From contig NW_018480060.1 of assembly GCF_002113885.1 (NCBI RefSeq), forward strand, positions 207,496-271,495: a stretch of 64,000 nt of DNA, in the 5' to 3' direction. This document shows positions 1-12,592 of this stretch, piece after piece; position 1 is the first letter of the stretch, and each line of letters starts with the position of its first letter. Source of the stretch: Mizuhopecten yessoensis (Eukaryota). The notes under the pieces were generated by a model. It made no database searches. It saw only the letters and a list, made by a program, of their open reading frames with translations, and had not been told where the DNA came from. A program made the position numbers and the translations under genes.

Positions 1-3000
1 ATAATGCTATTCTATATGTGACTTTGTAACATAATGCTATTCTATATGTGACTTTGTAACATAATGCTATTCTTTATGTGACTTTGTAACATAATGCTAT
101 TCATTGTGACTTTGTAACATAATGCTATTCTATATCTGACTTTGTAACATAATGCTATTCTATATGTGACTTTGTAACTTAATGCTATTCTATACATGTG
201 TGACTTTGTAACATAGTGCTATTCTATATGTGACTTTGTAACATAATGATATTCTATATGTGACTTTCAAACATAATACTATTCTATATGTGACTTTGTA
301 ATGTAGTGCTATTCTATATGTGACTTTGTAACATAGTGCTATTCTATATGTGACTTAGTAATATAATTCTATTCTATATGTGACTTTGTAACATAATGCT
401 ATTCTATATGTGACTTTTTAACATAATGCTATTCTTTATGTGACTTTGTAACATCATACTATTCTATACATGTGTGACTATGTAACATAATTCTATTCCA
501 TATGTGACTTTGTAACACAGTGCTATTCTATATGTGACTCTGTAACTATTCTATATGTGACTCTGTAACATATGTGACTTTGTAACTTAATACTATTCTA
601 TATGTGAACTTTTCTATATGTGACTCTGTAACTATTCTATATGTGACCCTTTAACATAGTGCTATTCTATATGCGACTTTGTAACATAGTGTTATTCTAT
701 ATGTGACTTTGGAACATAATGCTTTTCTAGATGTGACTTTGTAACATCATACTATTCTATACATGTGTGACTATGTAACATAATTCTATTCTATATGTGA
801 CTTAGTAATATAATTCTATTCTATATGTGACTCTGTAACTATTCTATATGTGACTCTGTAACACAATGCTATTATATATGTGATTTTGTAACATAATGCT
901 ATTATATATGTGACTTTGTAACATCATACTATTCTATACATGTGTGACTATGTAACATAATTCTATTCCATATGTGACTTTGTAACTTAATACTATTCTA
1001 TATGTGAACTTTTCTATATGTGACTCTGTAACTATTCTATATGTGACCCTTTAACATAGTGCTATTCTATATGTGACTTAGTAATATAATTCTATTCTAT
1101 ATGTGACTCTGTAACTATTCTATATGTGACTCTGTAACTATTCTATATGTGACCCTTTAACATAGTGCTATTCTATATGCGACTTTGTAACATAGTGTTA
1201 TTCTATATGTGACTTAGTAATATAATTCTATTCTATATGTGACTTAGTAATATAATTCTATTCTATATGTGACTTTTTAACATAGTGCTATTCTATATGT
1301 GACTTAGTAATATAATTCTATTCTATATGTGACTCTGTAACTATTCTATATGTGACCCTTTAACATAGTGCTATTCTATATGCGACTTTGTAACATAGTG
1401 CTATGCTATATGTGACTTTGTATCATTATGCTATTCTATATGTGACTTAGTAATATAATTCTATTCTATATGTGACTCTGTAACACAATGCTATTATATA
1501 TGTGACTTTGTAACTTAATGCTATTCTATACATGTGTGACTATGTAACATAATTCTATTCCATATGTGACTTTGTAACTTAATACTATTCTATATGTGAA
1601 CTTTTCTATATGTGACTCTGTAACATAATACTATTCCATACATGTGTGACTTTGTAATATAATTCTATTCTATATGTGACTTTTTTGTAACATAATGCTA
1701 TTCTATAAGTGACTTTGTAACATAATACTTTTCTATATGTGACTTTGAAACATAATTCTTTTCTATATGTGACTCTGTAACACAATGCTATTATATATGT
1801 GATTTTGTAACATAATGCTATTTATAAGTGATTTTGTAACATAATGCTATTTATAAGTGATTTTGTAACATAATGCTATTCATAATGCTATTCTATAAGT
1901 GACTTTGTAACATAAGGCTATTCTATATGTGACTTAGTAATATAATTCTATTCTATATGTGACTCTGTAACATATGTGACTTTGTAACACAGTGCTATTC
2001 TATATGTGACTCTGTAACTATTCTATATGTGACTCTGTAACACAATGCTATTATATATGTGACTTTGTAATGTAGTGCTACTCTATATGTGACTTTGTAT
2101 CATTATGCTATTCTATATGTGACTTTTTTGTAACATAATGCTATTCGATATGTGACTTTGTAACTTAATACTATTCTATATGTGAACTTTTCTATATGTG
2201 ACTCTGTAACATAATACTATTATATACATGTGTGACTTTATAATGCTATTCTATATATGACTTTGTAACATAATGATATTCTATATGTGGTTTTGTAACA
2301 TAATGCTATTCATTGTGACTTTGGAACATAATGCTATTCTATGTGTGACTTTGTAACATAAGGCTATTCTATATGTGACTCTGTAACACAATGCTATTAT
2401 ATATGTGATTTTGTAACATAATGCTATTATATATAGTGACTTTGTAACATAACGCTATTGTATAAGTGATTTTGTAACATACTGCTATTATATATGTGAT
2501 TTTGTAACATAATGCTATTTATAAGTGATTTTGTAACATAATGCTATTATATATGTGACTTTGTAATTTGTAACATAATGCTATTCTATATGTGACTTTG
2601 TAACATAATGATATTCTATATGTGATTTTGTAACATAATGCTATTCCATATGTGACTTTGTAACATAATACTATTCTATACATGTGTGACTTTGTAACAT
2701 AATTCTATTCCATATGTGACTTTGTAACATAATACTTTTCTATATGTGACTCTGTAACATAATACTATTCTATATGTGACTTTGTAACATAATTCTATTC
2801 TATATGTGACTTTGTAACATAATACTATTCTATATGTGACTTTGTAACATAATNNNNTATATGTGACTTTGTAACATAATGCTATTCTATATGTGACTTT
2901 GTAACATAACGCTATTGTATAAGTGATTTTGTAACATAATGCTATTATATATGTGACTTTGTAACATAATGCTATTCTATATGTGACTTTGTAACATAAT

Positions 3001-5046
3001 GCTATTCTATATGTGACTTCGTAGCATAATGCTATTCTATATGTGACTTTGTAACATAATGCTATTGTATATGTGACTTTGTAACATAATGCTATTCTAT
3101 ATGTGACTTTGTAACATAATGCTATTCATAATGCTATTATATATGAGACTTTGTAACATAATGCTATTCATAATGCTATTCTATATGAGACTTTGTAACA
3201 TAATGCTATTCTATATGTGACTTTGTAACATAATGCTATTCTATATGTGACTTTGTAACATAATGCTATTCTATACATGTGTGACTTTGTAACATAGTGC
3301 TATGCTATATGTGACTTTGTAACATAATACTATTCTATATGTGACTTTGTCACATTATACTATTCTATATGTGACTTTGTCACATAATACTATTATATAT
3401 GTGACTTTGTAACATAATACTATTCTATATGTGACTTTGTAACATAATACTATTCTATATGTGACTCTGTAACATAATGCTATTCTATATGTGACTTTGT
3501 AACATAATGCTATTCTATATGTGACTCTGTAACATAATGCTATTCTATATGTAACATAATACTATTTTATATGTGACTTTGTAACATAATACTATTCTAT
3601 TTGTGACTCTGTAACATTATGCTATTCTATATGTGACTTTGTAACATAATGCTATTTTATATGTGACTCTGTAACATAATACTATTCTATATGTGACTTT
3701 GTAACATAATGATATTCTATATGTGACTTTGTTACATAATACTATTCTATATGTGATTCTGTAACATAATGCTATTCTATATGTGACTTTGTAACATAAT
3801 ACTATTCTATATGTGACTCTGTAACATAATTCTATTCTATATGTGACTTTGTAACAAAATACTATTCTATATGTGACTTTGTAACATAATACTATTCTAT
3901 ATCTGACTTTGTAACATAATGCTATTCTATATATGACTTTGTAACATAATTCTATTCTATTTGTGACTTTGTAACATAATACTATTCTATATATGACTTT
4001 GTAACATAATTCTATTCTATTTGTGACTCTGTAACACAATGCTATTATATATGTGACTTTGTAACATAATGCTATTGTGACTTTGTAACAGAATTCTATT
4101 CTATATGTGACTTAGTAACATAATTCTATTCTATATGTGACTTTGTAACGTAATACTATTCTATATGTGACTTTGTAACATAATGATATTCTATATGTGA
4201 CTTTGTTACATCATACTATTCTATATGTGATTCTGTAAAATAATGCTATTCTATATGTGACTTTGTGACATAATGGTATTCTATATGTGACTCTGTAACA
4301 TAATTCTATTCTATATGTGACTCTGTAACATAACTCTATTCTATATGTGACTTTGTAACATACTTCTATTCTATATGTGACTCTGTAACACAATGCTATT
4401 ATACTATTCTATATGTGACTTTGTAACATACTTCTATTCTATATGTGACTCTGTAACACAATGCTATTATATATGTGACTTTGTAACATAATTCTATCAT
4501 ATATGGGACTTTGTAACATAATGCTATTGTGACTTTGTAACAGAACTCTATTCTATATGTGACTTTGTAACATAATTGTATTCTATATGTGACTTTGTAA
4601 CATAATGCTATTGTGACTTTGTAACAGAATTCTAATCTATATGTGACTTTGTAACATAATTCTCTTCTATATGTGACTCTGTAACATAATGCTATTCTAT
4701 ATGCGACTTTGTAACATAATACTATTCTATATATGACTTTGTAACATAATTCTATTCTATATGTGACTTTGTAACATAATTCTATTCTATATGTGACTCT
4801 GTAACACAATGCTATTATATATGTGACTTTGTAACATAATTCTATCATATATGTGACTTTGTAACATAATGCTATTGTGACTTTGTAACAGAATTCTATT
4901 CTATATGTGACTTTGTAACATAATTCTATTCTATATGTGACTCTGTAACATAATGCTATTCTATATGTGACTCTGTAACATAATGCTATTCTATATGTGA
5001 CTCTGTAACATAATGCTATTCTATATGTGACTTTGTGACATAATGC
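1..5046. repeat. 30-bp tandem satellite (ATGTGACTTTGTAACATAATGCTATTCTAT), with shorter and longer variants; runs off the window start
   Basis: Direct tandem periodicity; roughly 165 units; small nnnn at 2854-2857. Confidence 0.97.
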
Positions 5047-5769
5047 ATGGCTAATAACATTGTTCACTCTGTTTATCGTGTACAATGTATTACCTGTTTG
5101 TACAATGTAACCAGTGAAATGCATTTTTTTAACATTTGTGGGGTTGTAAAAGAAAAGAGAGTTGTGTGGCGTTCTACAAATTAAGCTAGCTCAAAGCTAG
5201 AAGACAACCTTCTGCATTGGCTATGCAACACAATCTGGTTCAAACCTATACAATAATGCAAGGTACCCCATCTTGGAGAATACATTTAAATGGAATGGTA
5301 TAATTGTCATCAATGTGAAAACATGCATTTCAATCCTCATATATTTATGCTCAAAACAACAAAAAGTAACATTTTAGCTTTGTATGTGGTTCCTTTCATT
5401 TCATGATTCAATTAATCAATTTTTCCTAATTGATTAATGATGACCGGGTCAAGCGTTCTAGTAATCTGACACTTGACCTCTCTCTGTAACCTTGACTTGT
5501 ATGCTGCCTGTGTCTTATCTTACTCAAAATATAGTATAATACCTATCTATGAATCTCGATCAATGATAAAGCTATTTTTCTTGTGACAATCTCAAAGATA
5601 TGTCTGAGAAGGCCCTACATTGTACAGAAATATAGACGCAGTTAAAACAGTTTTCACAGTTTGATTCATATTAATGTTGTTTGAAAGTAAAATTTCACTT
5701 AAGACAGATTTACAGTTTATACTATGTAGATGTGGAACTTCTAAACATGTTATTGTAACTACTTTTACT

Positions 5770-5959
5770 TATTCCGTCTTTGCGTATTGCAGAGTTATCT
5801 TCTCTTTGGAGCAGGGATTGATTGTTACGTCACTTGTTTGTGAGAATAACGTCATCAATGTTTGAGAAAACGACATAATTTTCTCACATAGACCAATGAC
5901 GTAACAATCAATACCTGCTCCCAAGAGAAGATAACTCTGCAATACGCAAAGACGGAATA
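5770..5959. mobile_element. Fold-back MITE (~190 bp) with ~75-bp imperfect inverted arms
   Basis: TATTCCGTCTTTGCGTATTGCAGAGTTATCTTCTCTT... is mirrored by ...AAGAGAAGATAACTCTGCAATACGCAAAGACGGAATA. Confidence 0.85.
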
Positions 5960-6749
5960 GTCAGTTCTTAGGTAAACATAATGGCATATCACTTACACTT
6001 TTTGCTAAGTCCTTAGGTAAATATATTGTCATTCACACTATTAAAGTTGTTGAGATTGATATATGGCTAAATTCTGCGGACAGTGACTGAGTGATGCTAT
6101 AAATAGCCAGACTAGCAATCCTTAATTGCTTATAATCATTACTTCTACTTCTACTGATAATCGACCTAACTCCATCATATTGAAGATCATGTCGATGTTT
6201 GAGTTTTATAATGTACAGGAAAAGAGAGTGAGAACAGAGCTAAATTGTGAAGAGAGGAGAGACGACTTTTAAAGGTTTCCAAAGTTTCTGATGGATATAA
6301 ATATATCAATTATATATAACATGTTTTGTTTCTACGTACATGGACAGTCAACAACAGCTAGACTTGTTTTTGTTGAGTAATTAAATGTCCCTTGATGTGG
6401 CCCCGTTTCTTATAAATGTCTGTACATGTATACATTTGAACAAATCATACGGTTATACAAGAACCACTGTATTGGGCCGCTAATTACCACAGGTGGACAC
6501 GAGTGACCTCTGACAATTAACACCGTCGCTGACACTATTAACACCGTAACAAGTACCGTACACTCCCGTTAGGCGGGCATTAGAGGTGCCCTGCTACTGT
6601 CGACGTCTAACGGGGGACGACCATATTTTTAGCAACGCACCGGTTCATGTTTTGTGAAAGTGGGTAGATTGTTGTCAAATTTAAACGTACATACATACCA
6701 GTTGATTGGATTAGGGAACAAACACAGGTTTTACGAGCTTATTTCACGT

Positions 6750-6880
6750 CAGTCTTACCTCACAACGTCTATAACATGTATCTTCCGCGCTGTATATTGT
6801 AAACAACCGCAGTGGTCGATAGTCGCTCGTGTCTGATTGGTTCGGGGACTTGAAGGTCGGGCTCTCTCAACCAATAGATG
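6750..6880 (-). promoter_or_regulatory. Probable promoter and non-coding first exon of a leftward gene whose body lies outside the window
   Basis: CpG-rich patch; minus-strand donor AG|GTAAGA near 6757; CCAAT boxes at 6836-6840 and 6871-6875. Inference only. Confidence 0.4.
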
Positions 6881-8333
6881 GTTGTCAATACCACACACCT
6901 TCTTGAGCAATATGCGATGGAAAATTGTGAAATTGTGAATCCATATATATTCCTTAGTACAACATTATTCGTATGCGTTATTTCCTTCTGTTCATACTAT
7001 TATATTTCCTTCTAAAATAATAATTGTACATAGGATAAACGGCGGGAAAAACACACCTTGTCAGCTCTCTACCTTGTAGCCTATTCTTACACGTGCTACT
7101 AATATAGATAGTGTTTAATGTATATTACTTCAGACCCCCAGCCCTTCAAAACAAAACAAAAACGCACATATGGCTGCAAAATATTGATTTCTTTAGTTTT
7201 CCACATTTTACAAGAATTATTTTAAAATTGTTTCTTCGCAAAAAAAATCACCATTACCCTATATACACTTCTTATACTATATTTTATCTAGACTAGCTTC
7301 TAACTGCATTTCTTGCGACCTAAGTTCCACATACACTGTAATAACAACAGCAATAGGTTTCAAAGTGTGAACCTAAATTGGGGTTCAAAGGAAAGCCTTT
7401 TATGGAACGCCAAATTAACATATATTCAAATAATTGCACATATATGTTACCATTTCTGGGTCTTGACCTACATAACGCTATTATATCCTAACGTTGATGT
7501 ATCATGCATCGTACATGTTGATATACCTGTACATGTGGGGGAAATGATGCGTAAAGGATGGATAGACACTAAAAATGTACTCTGTAATGATAGTACGTTG
7601 TACGTACTGTATAAGTTTGCATATAAATAAGTCACATATTCAAGTTTGCATATAAATTAGTCACATATTCAGCATTATTTTCACCATGAATGTGTGTAAA
7701 TATGTATCATATACACGGGACCTCTTGTTCCACACATAGTGTGGCTGAGTGAACATACAATCCTTTGAAATCTTTAAGTGATCTAATAGTGTCAACCTTG
7801 ATCCGGTCGATCAATGTTTTATCAAGTTAAAAAAGTATTCAAAAACCTGTACAGATATTGTCAGATTTGGCACTGATCAATGGGTTTTTATTTGTAAATT
7901 AGATACATGCGCTTTCGTTTGTGTAAAAAAAAATCCCCATAAAAATCAATGCTCCAAAATAACCCCACTGATTGTGTTATACAATAAGCTAGAATTACTA
8001 ATACATCGTAACTTTATATACGGTCACAGTTATCAGTCTCTATGGCGTTGTCTACTCCAGCAGGATCTGAAATCCAACCTCTGTTCCATCAGATAGATTG
8101 GCGTCGGTAATACGATAGTTGTGCTATCTGTTTTAACATGTCGTAAGCAAACATAAATATAGCACACTGATTGTCAATCGTGTATATAACTATTACACAA
8201 GAGGCACATTGGGCCTGTATATCTCTCACCGAGTAACGTATGTTCCATGGACTCCATTATAGTTTAAAGCTTTACTCTTCGGAGTATATATGCAGAACGT
8301 TAGTTTTATCGACTTTTTTTTTATAGGTCTGTC

Positions 8334-9687
8334 TAAAATATATATTAAATAGACCAACTCTTAATAAAATATACAGATCCTATATTCTTCCATTACTAGA
8401 ATACTGTTGCGAGTAATGGGATGGGTGTACTCTCGGTGACGCAGACAAACTAGAAAAACTTCAACTTGAGTCTGCACGGATAATCACGGGTTTCCCTCTT
8501 ATTCTAGCAGAACATCTTTATACTCTGAAAGTGGATTCGAACCCTTATCTTAGAGAAGATCTAGGAGATAACTATTCTACAAAATTCACAATAATTTCAC
8601 GCCAACCTATCTTACTTCTCTACTGTCTCCTCTTGTCTCAGAAAATTCACAATACAACCTCCGTAATGCCGATAATTATTCTCTTCCTAATTTCCGACTT
8701 CAACTTTCAAACTCATCCTTTTTCCCTTCTACAATCCGACTTTGAAACCAATTAGACCTAGACATAAGACACAGAGTTTCACATACAGCGTTTAAGAATT
8801 CTCTCCTAAATCTTCAAAATTTATATGTTCCAAAATATTATCTGATTGGTGATAGAAAACTTAACATTTTACATACCAGATTAAGAAACAGAGCTAGTAC
8901 CTTAAATAATGATCTATTCCATGCAAATCTAATAAATTTCCGACACTGTCAATGTGGTCANNNNNNNNNNNNNNNNNNNNNNNNNNNNNNNNNNNNNNNN
9001 NNNNNNNNNNNNNNNNNNNNNNNNNNNNNNNNNNNNNNNNNNNNNNNNNNNNNNNNNNNNNNNNNNNNNNNNNNNNNNNNNNNNNNNNNNNNNNNNNNNN
9101 NNNNNNNNNNNNNNNNNNNNNNNNNNNNNNNNNNNNNNNNNNNNNNNNNNNNNNNNNNNNNNNNNNNNNNNNNNNNNNNNNNNNNNNNNNNNNNNNNNNN
9201 NNNNNNNNNNNNNNNNNNNNNNNNNNNNNNNNNNNNNNNNNNNNNNNNNNNNNNNNNNNNNNNNNNNNNNNNNNNNNNNNNNNNNNNNNNNNNNNNNNNN
9301 NNNNNNNNNNNNNNNNNNNNNNNNNNNNNNNNNNNNNNNNNNNNNNNNNNNNNNNNNNNNNNNNNNNNNNNNNNNNNNNNNNNNNNNNNNNNNNNNNNNN
9401 NNNNNNNNNNNNNNNNNNNNNNNNNNNNNNNNNNNNNNNNNNNNNNNNNNNNNNNNNNNNNNNNNNNNNNNNNNNNNNNNNNNNNNNCCCCCTCTCCCTC
9501 TCTCTCTCTCTCTCTCTGTCAGTAGCACTAAACTTAATTGAAAATATTAATTAATTTAAAAATTGCCATCTTGTATATATATATTTCATTATGTTATAGG
9601 GAAAGGGCTTTACATAAGTTGGACAACTTGTGCCCAATCCCTTTTGTATATTAGATGCAAATAAAAACATGTTTAAATCAAAAAAAA
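8334..9687 (+). mobile_element. 5'-truncated, decayed CR1/L2-group LINE (C-terminal part of ORF2 plus 3' UTR and A-tail), with an assembly gap inside
   Basis: Translates as LKYILNRPTLNKIYRSYILPLLEYCCE*WDGC...KLQLESARIITG and GDRKLNILHTRLRNRASTLNNDLFHANLINFRHCQCG, typical post-RT motifs. Ends AATAAAAACATGTTTAAATCAAAAAAAA; flanked by a direct duplication. Confidence 0.85.
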
Positions 9688-9711
9688 TCGGAGTATATAT
9701 GCAGAACGTTA

Positions 9712-9815
9712 GTTTTATCGCTTTTTTTATAGGCCTGTCGTCGATTAACCGACGACAGACCGATATAAAAAAAAAGTAGAAAAAAGTCGATAAAACGTCA
9801 GAATAGTTCGGACTA
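9712..9815. mobile_element. Palindromic MITE of the TAGTCCGAATTATTCTGACG family, left end decayed and hit by the LINE
   Basis: Same sequence family as 30859-30976 and 32531-32652. Confidence 0.75.
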
Positions 9816-10096
9816 ATCTAACATGAACAACATACACGTGGCCTAACGACATTGGACCACTCACCTTGCTATTATATAAATCAAGTAAAAATCTGCCACG
9901 AATTTTGGTCTTCCAATTCGACACCTTTTCATCCTGGCTCTTGGCCACAGGAGGACCCGCTTCTTTATTTGTGCAGCTTTTGATCCCCGTAACCCCGGTT
10001 CTCGGCTACAAGAGAGCCAGCTTACTTATATTATATATACCCTTTGATCCATATGGGCTAAGCATGCTACTACTGTCTGGTTGAAATTTGTGAATC

Positions 10097-10238
10097 TTTT
10101 CACAAAAATTCTTACGATTTGTCGAAAGATTTAGAGTTACGACTATCTTTACAGAACTCTTGTAAGAACTTTTGTGAAACAGAACAGCCGAAAGTTTTCT
10201 CTTACGTGTAAAGTTTGTTGTAAGAATTTTCGTAAAAA
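10097..10238. mobile_element. Small MITE-like insert within a decayed HINE-like region (~9830-10830)
   Basis: Imperfect inverted ends TTTCACAAAAATTCTTAC ... GTAAGAATTTTCGTAAAA. Confidence 0.5.
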
Positions 10239-12249
10239 GACTCACTGCCTAGACGTTTGGATGAAGATGTCATTTAAATCAACAAGGCTAACTTGACGTT
10301 CTTTTCCTGACCTGTCAGACCTCAGGAGAGTCGGACTCGGTATCTCCAAAACTACTATTTGGTTGAAATCTGTCCAGCAGTTCAAGAGGAGATTTCATTT
10401 AAAGAAAATCAGCCAAAGAGACCAGTCTCTAACCCCTTTATATGTATCCCTTTTGATCCGGATGGACTAAGCATTCTATCATGACAATTACACTGGATCT
10501 GGAAATCTGCCCTAAAGTCAGAGAAAATGTCATTTAAAGTAAATCAGCGTGACCCCCTTTACTCCATCCATCAGTTCCTTTGTTTTTATAACTTGTGATT
10601 CAAATGGACTACTTGTGCTACCACTACACATTGATCGAAATCAGCAGTAGTTCGGAGGAGACTTGGTCAATTTGACCCCTTGAACCTGGACTGGTCCTCA
10701 GTGGCATCATTTGTATAAGCTCTGAACCCCATTGGCTTAGCATGCTATTACTTAATTTCAGTTGAAATGGGTAAGAGATTGCATTTTAATTAAGCCAGTT
10801 AATTCGGTACCTTCATTTTATCTGGCCCCTTAGTCCCCAGGACTGTGTCACAGTTGTCTCCCTTATAGATGTTTTAGTTCATATTATTTAACAGAATTAT
10901 CCCAATGTTATCAAAATATCCATTTTTTGTGTACCTTCAGATATGTCATATACTCAAGTATACCTTCTAGTTCTAGATGTGTCATAATTTCCTGTGTATT
11001 TTTTTCCCAAAAATGTCATCAAATTCTTTGAAAAGTTATAATTACCCTTGATAAGAGATGATTTATATATTTTCTAGATTGGAACTCTCCGGGAAATGAG
11101 ACTGGTAACATACATCCTTAATGAAAAGTTTTTACATGTTAATTCATCATTTTCTGTAAAATTTCACCTTAATTTGTGGGTGCATAGTTCACAAATTAAT
11201 GTAATTTACACTAAATTACCACATAAGATTGATCAGGTCCTTAAATACCATGTACATCAGAAGTAATCGGAGTGAAAAACTGAGTTCCACAAAAGAATTA
11301 GAAAACTTTTTTTTTTATTGGAAAGAGTGTTATCTGAGCATTAATGATAAAACCAGTACAAAATATGGATACAATGTTTGTCAAAATCACACCTCTAAGA
11401 AACTTCTTTAATTACACATCAAATTTCATCATTGGATACATTCAGATAATTTCAAAGATAAAACAAAATCCACTTTTTATCTAAAGAAGCTAAGAAATAT
11501 CACAAAAAGCAATGGAGGCACATGCTACATGAGTACTTTTTGATTCTGTTAAAATCAGCAAGTAACAGGAAAGATGGTTGGAACACACAAGTTTGAACGT
11601 GACACTTTCTATAAATAGGGGCCCTGTTGTAATGAGATATTACCGGCATGTGACTGATGTAGTATGAAAAGCTCTGAATGCAAAAATATCACATTTACAC
11701 CAAAATCATTTGTGTGGTTCTGAACATGAAAACGTACATCATTCACTAACAGTTTCTGAAGATCAGTGTTATCTTCACAGTTCCCTATGTGGTATCGCAC
11801 TCTGGATAAAACGGTTTCAAGGGTGTACAATTCTAGCGGCCCTAATGCTGGGAAGTAGTAGATTTTGTGTCTGGCCTTGTGAACATTTTCAATACATGTG
11901 TTTACTTTGTAAATAAAATTTTAGGCTAGTAGAATTCTGCAAAATATGCCTGTTGACTAGTATTTATGAAATTGTACACCCTAAGTGGGGTTTCTACATA
12001 TCAAATCTATATAAAACCAATGTTTCAAGCGAAGTGCATTGCTAGTGATATTTATATATATCCTAATATATTTTATCGTCATCATATCACATAATTATCA
12101 TTTGTTCAAGTATAAAGAGACTAAAAATACATATATACAATACATTAACAATTTAAGAAACAGTTTCCGTATGGAGACCACAACACATAAAGGATATTTG
12201 ATCACATAAGCTAATACATGAATACATATTTGATAGATAAGTTATTGAT

Positions 12250-12592
12250 AAACAAGGGGCCCAGGTGGCCTGTATCACTCAAACATTTCTAGTATGTGAA
12301 CTAAAACGAAAATTAAAATATTTCCATTAATTCAAGATCATGGTGGTCGTTTCCGATTACTTATTGACCCAAACATTCACAGTAATAACACTTTTAGAAC
12401 AGTGACAGCAACATCTGTACTGACTGTTAACACATTTGACCCCTGTGACCTTGAATACGAGTCATGGTTATTTGGACAGCTATCACCCTAGCAAGGTATA
12501 AGCCAAGCACTGTGACTTAAGGTCCTTTGATTGAACAGAAAAGTGGATGGTTGACAGACAATGAACCGTAACAAAATCTCACAGGAGCTAAG
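12250..12592 (-). mobile_element. Degenerate non-autonomous Helentron (HINE)-like element
   Basis: Ends AACAAGGGGCCCAGGTGGCCTGTATCACTCA and CAGGAGCTAA resemble the ends of the 16652-18200 element; TTTGACCCCTGTGACCTTGAA core inside. Confidence 0.55.

Noticed and set aside
3617-5124. Minus-strand ORFs of repeated CYKVTYRIAL
   Set aside because: Translation of a 30-bp satellite; the unit is a multiple of 3 and lacks a stop in one frame.
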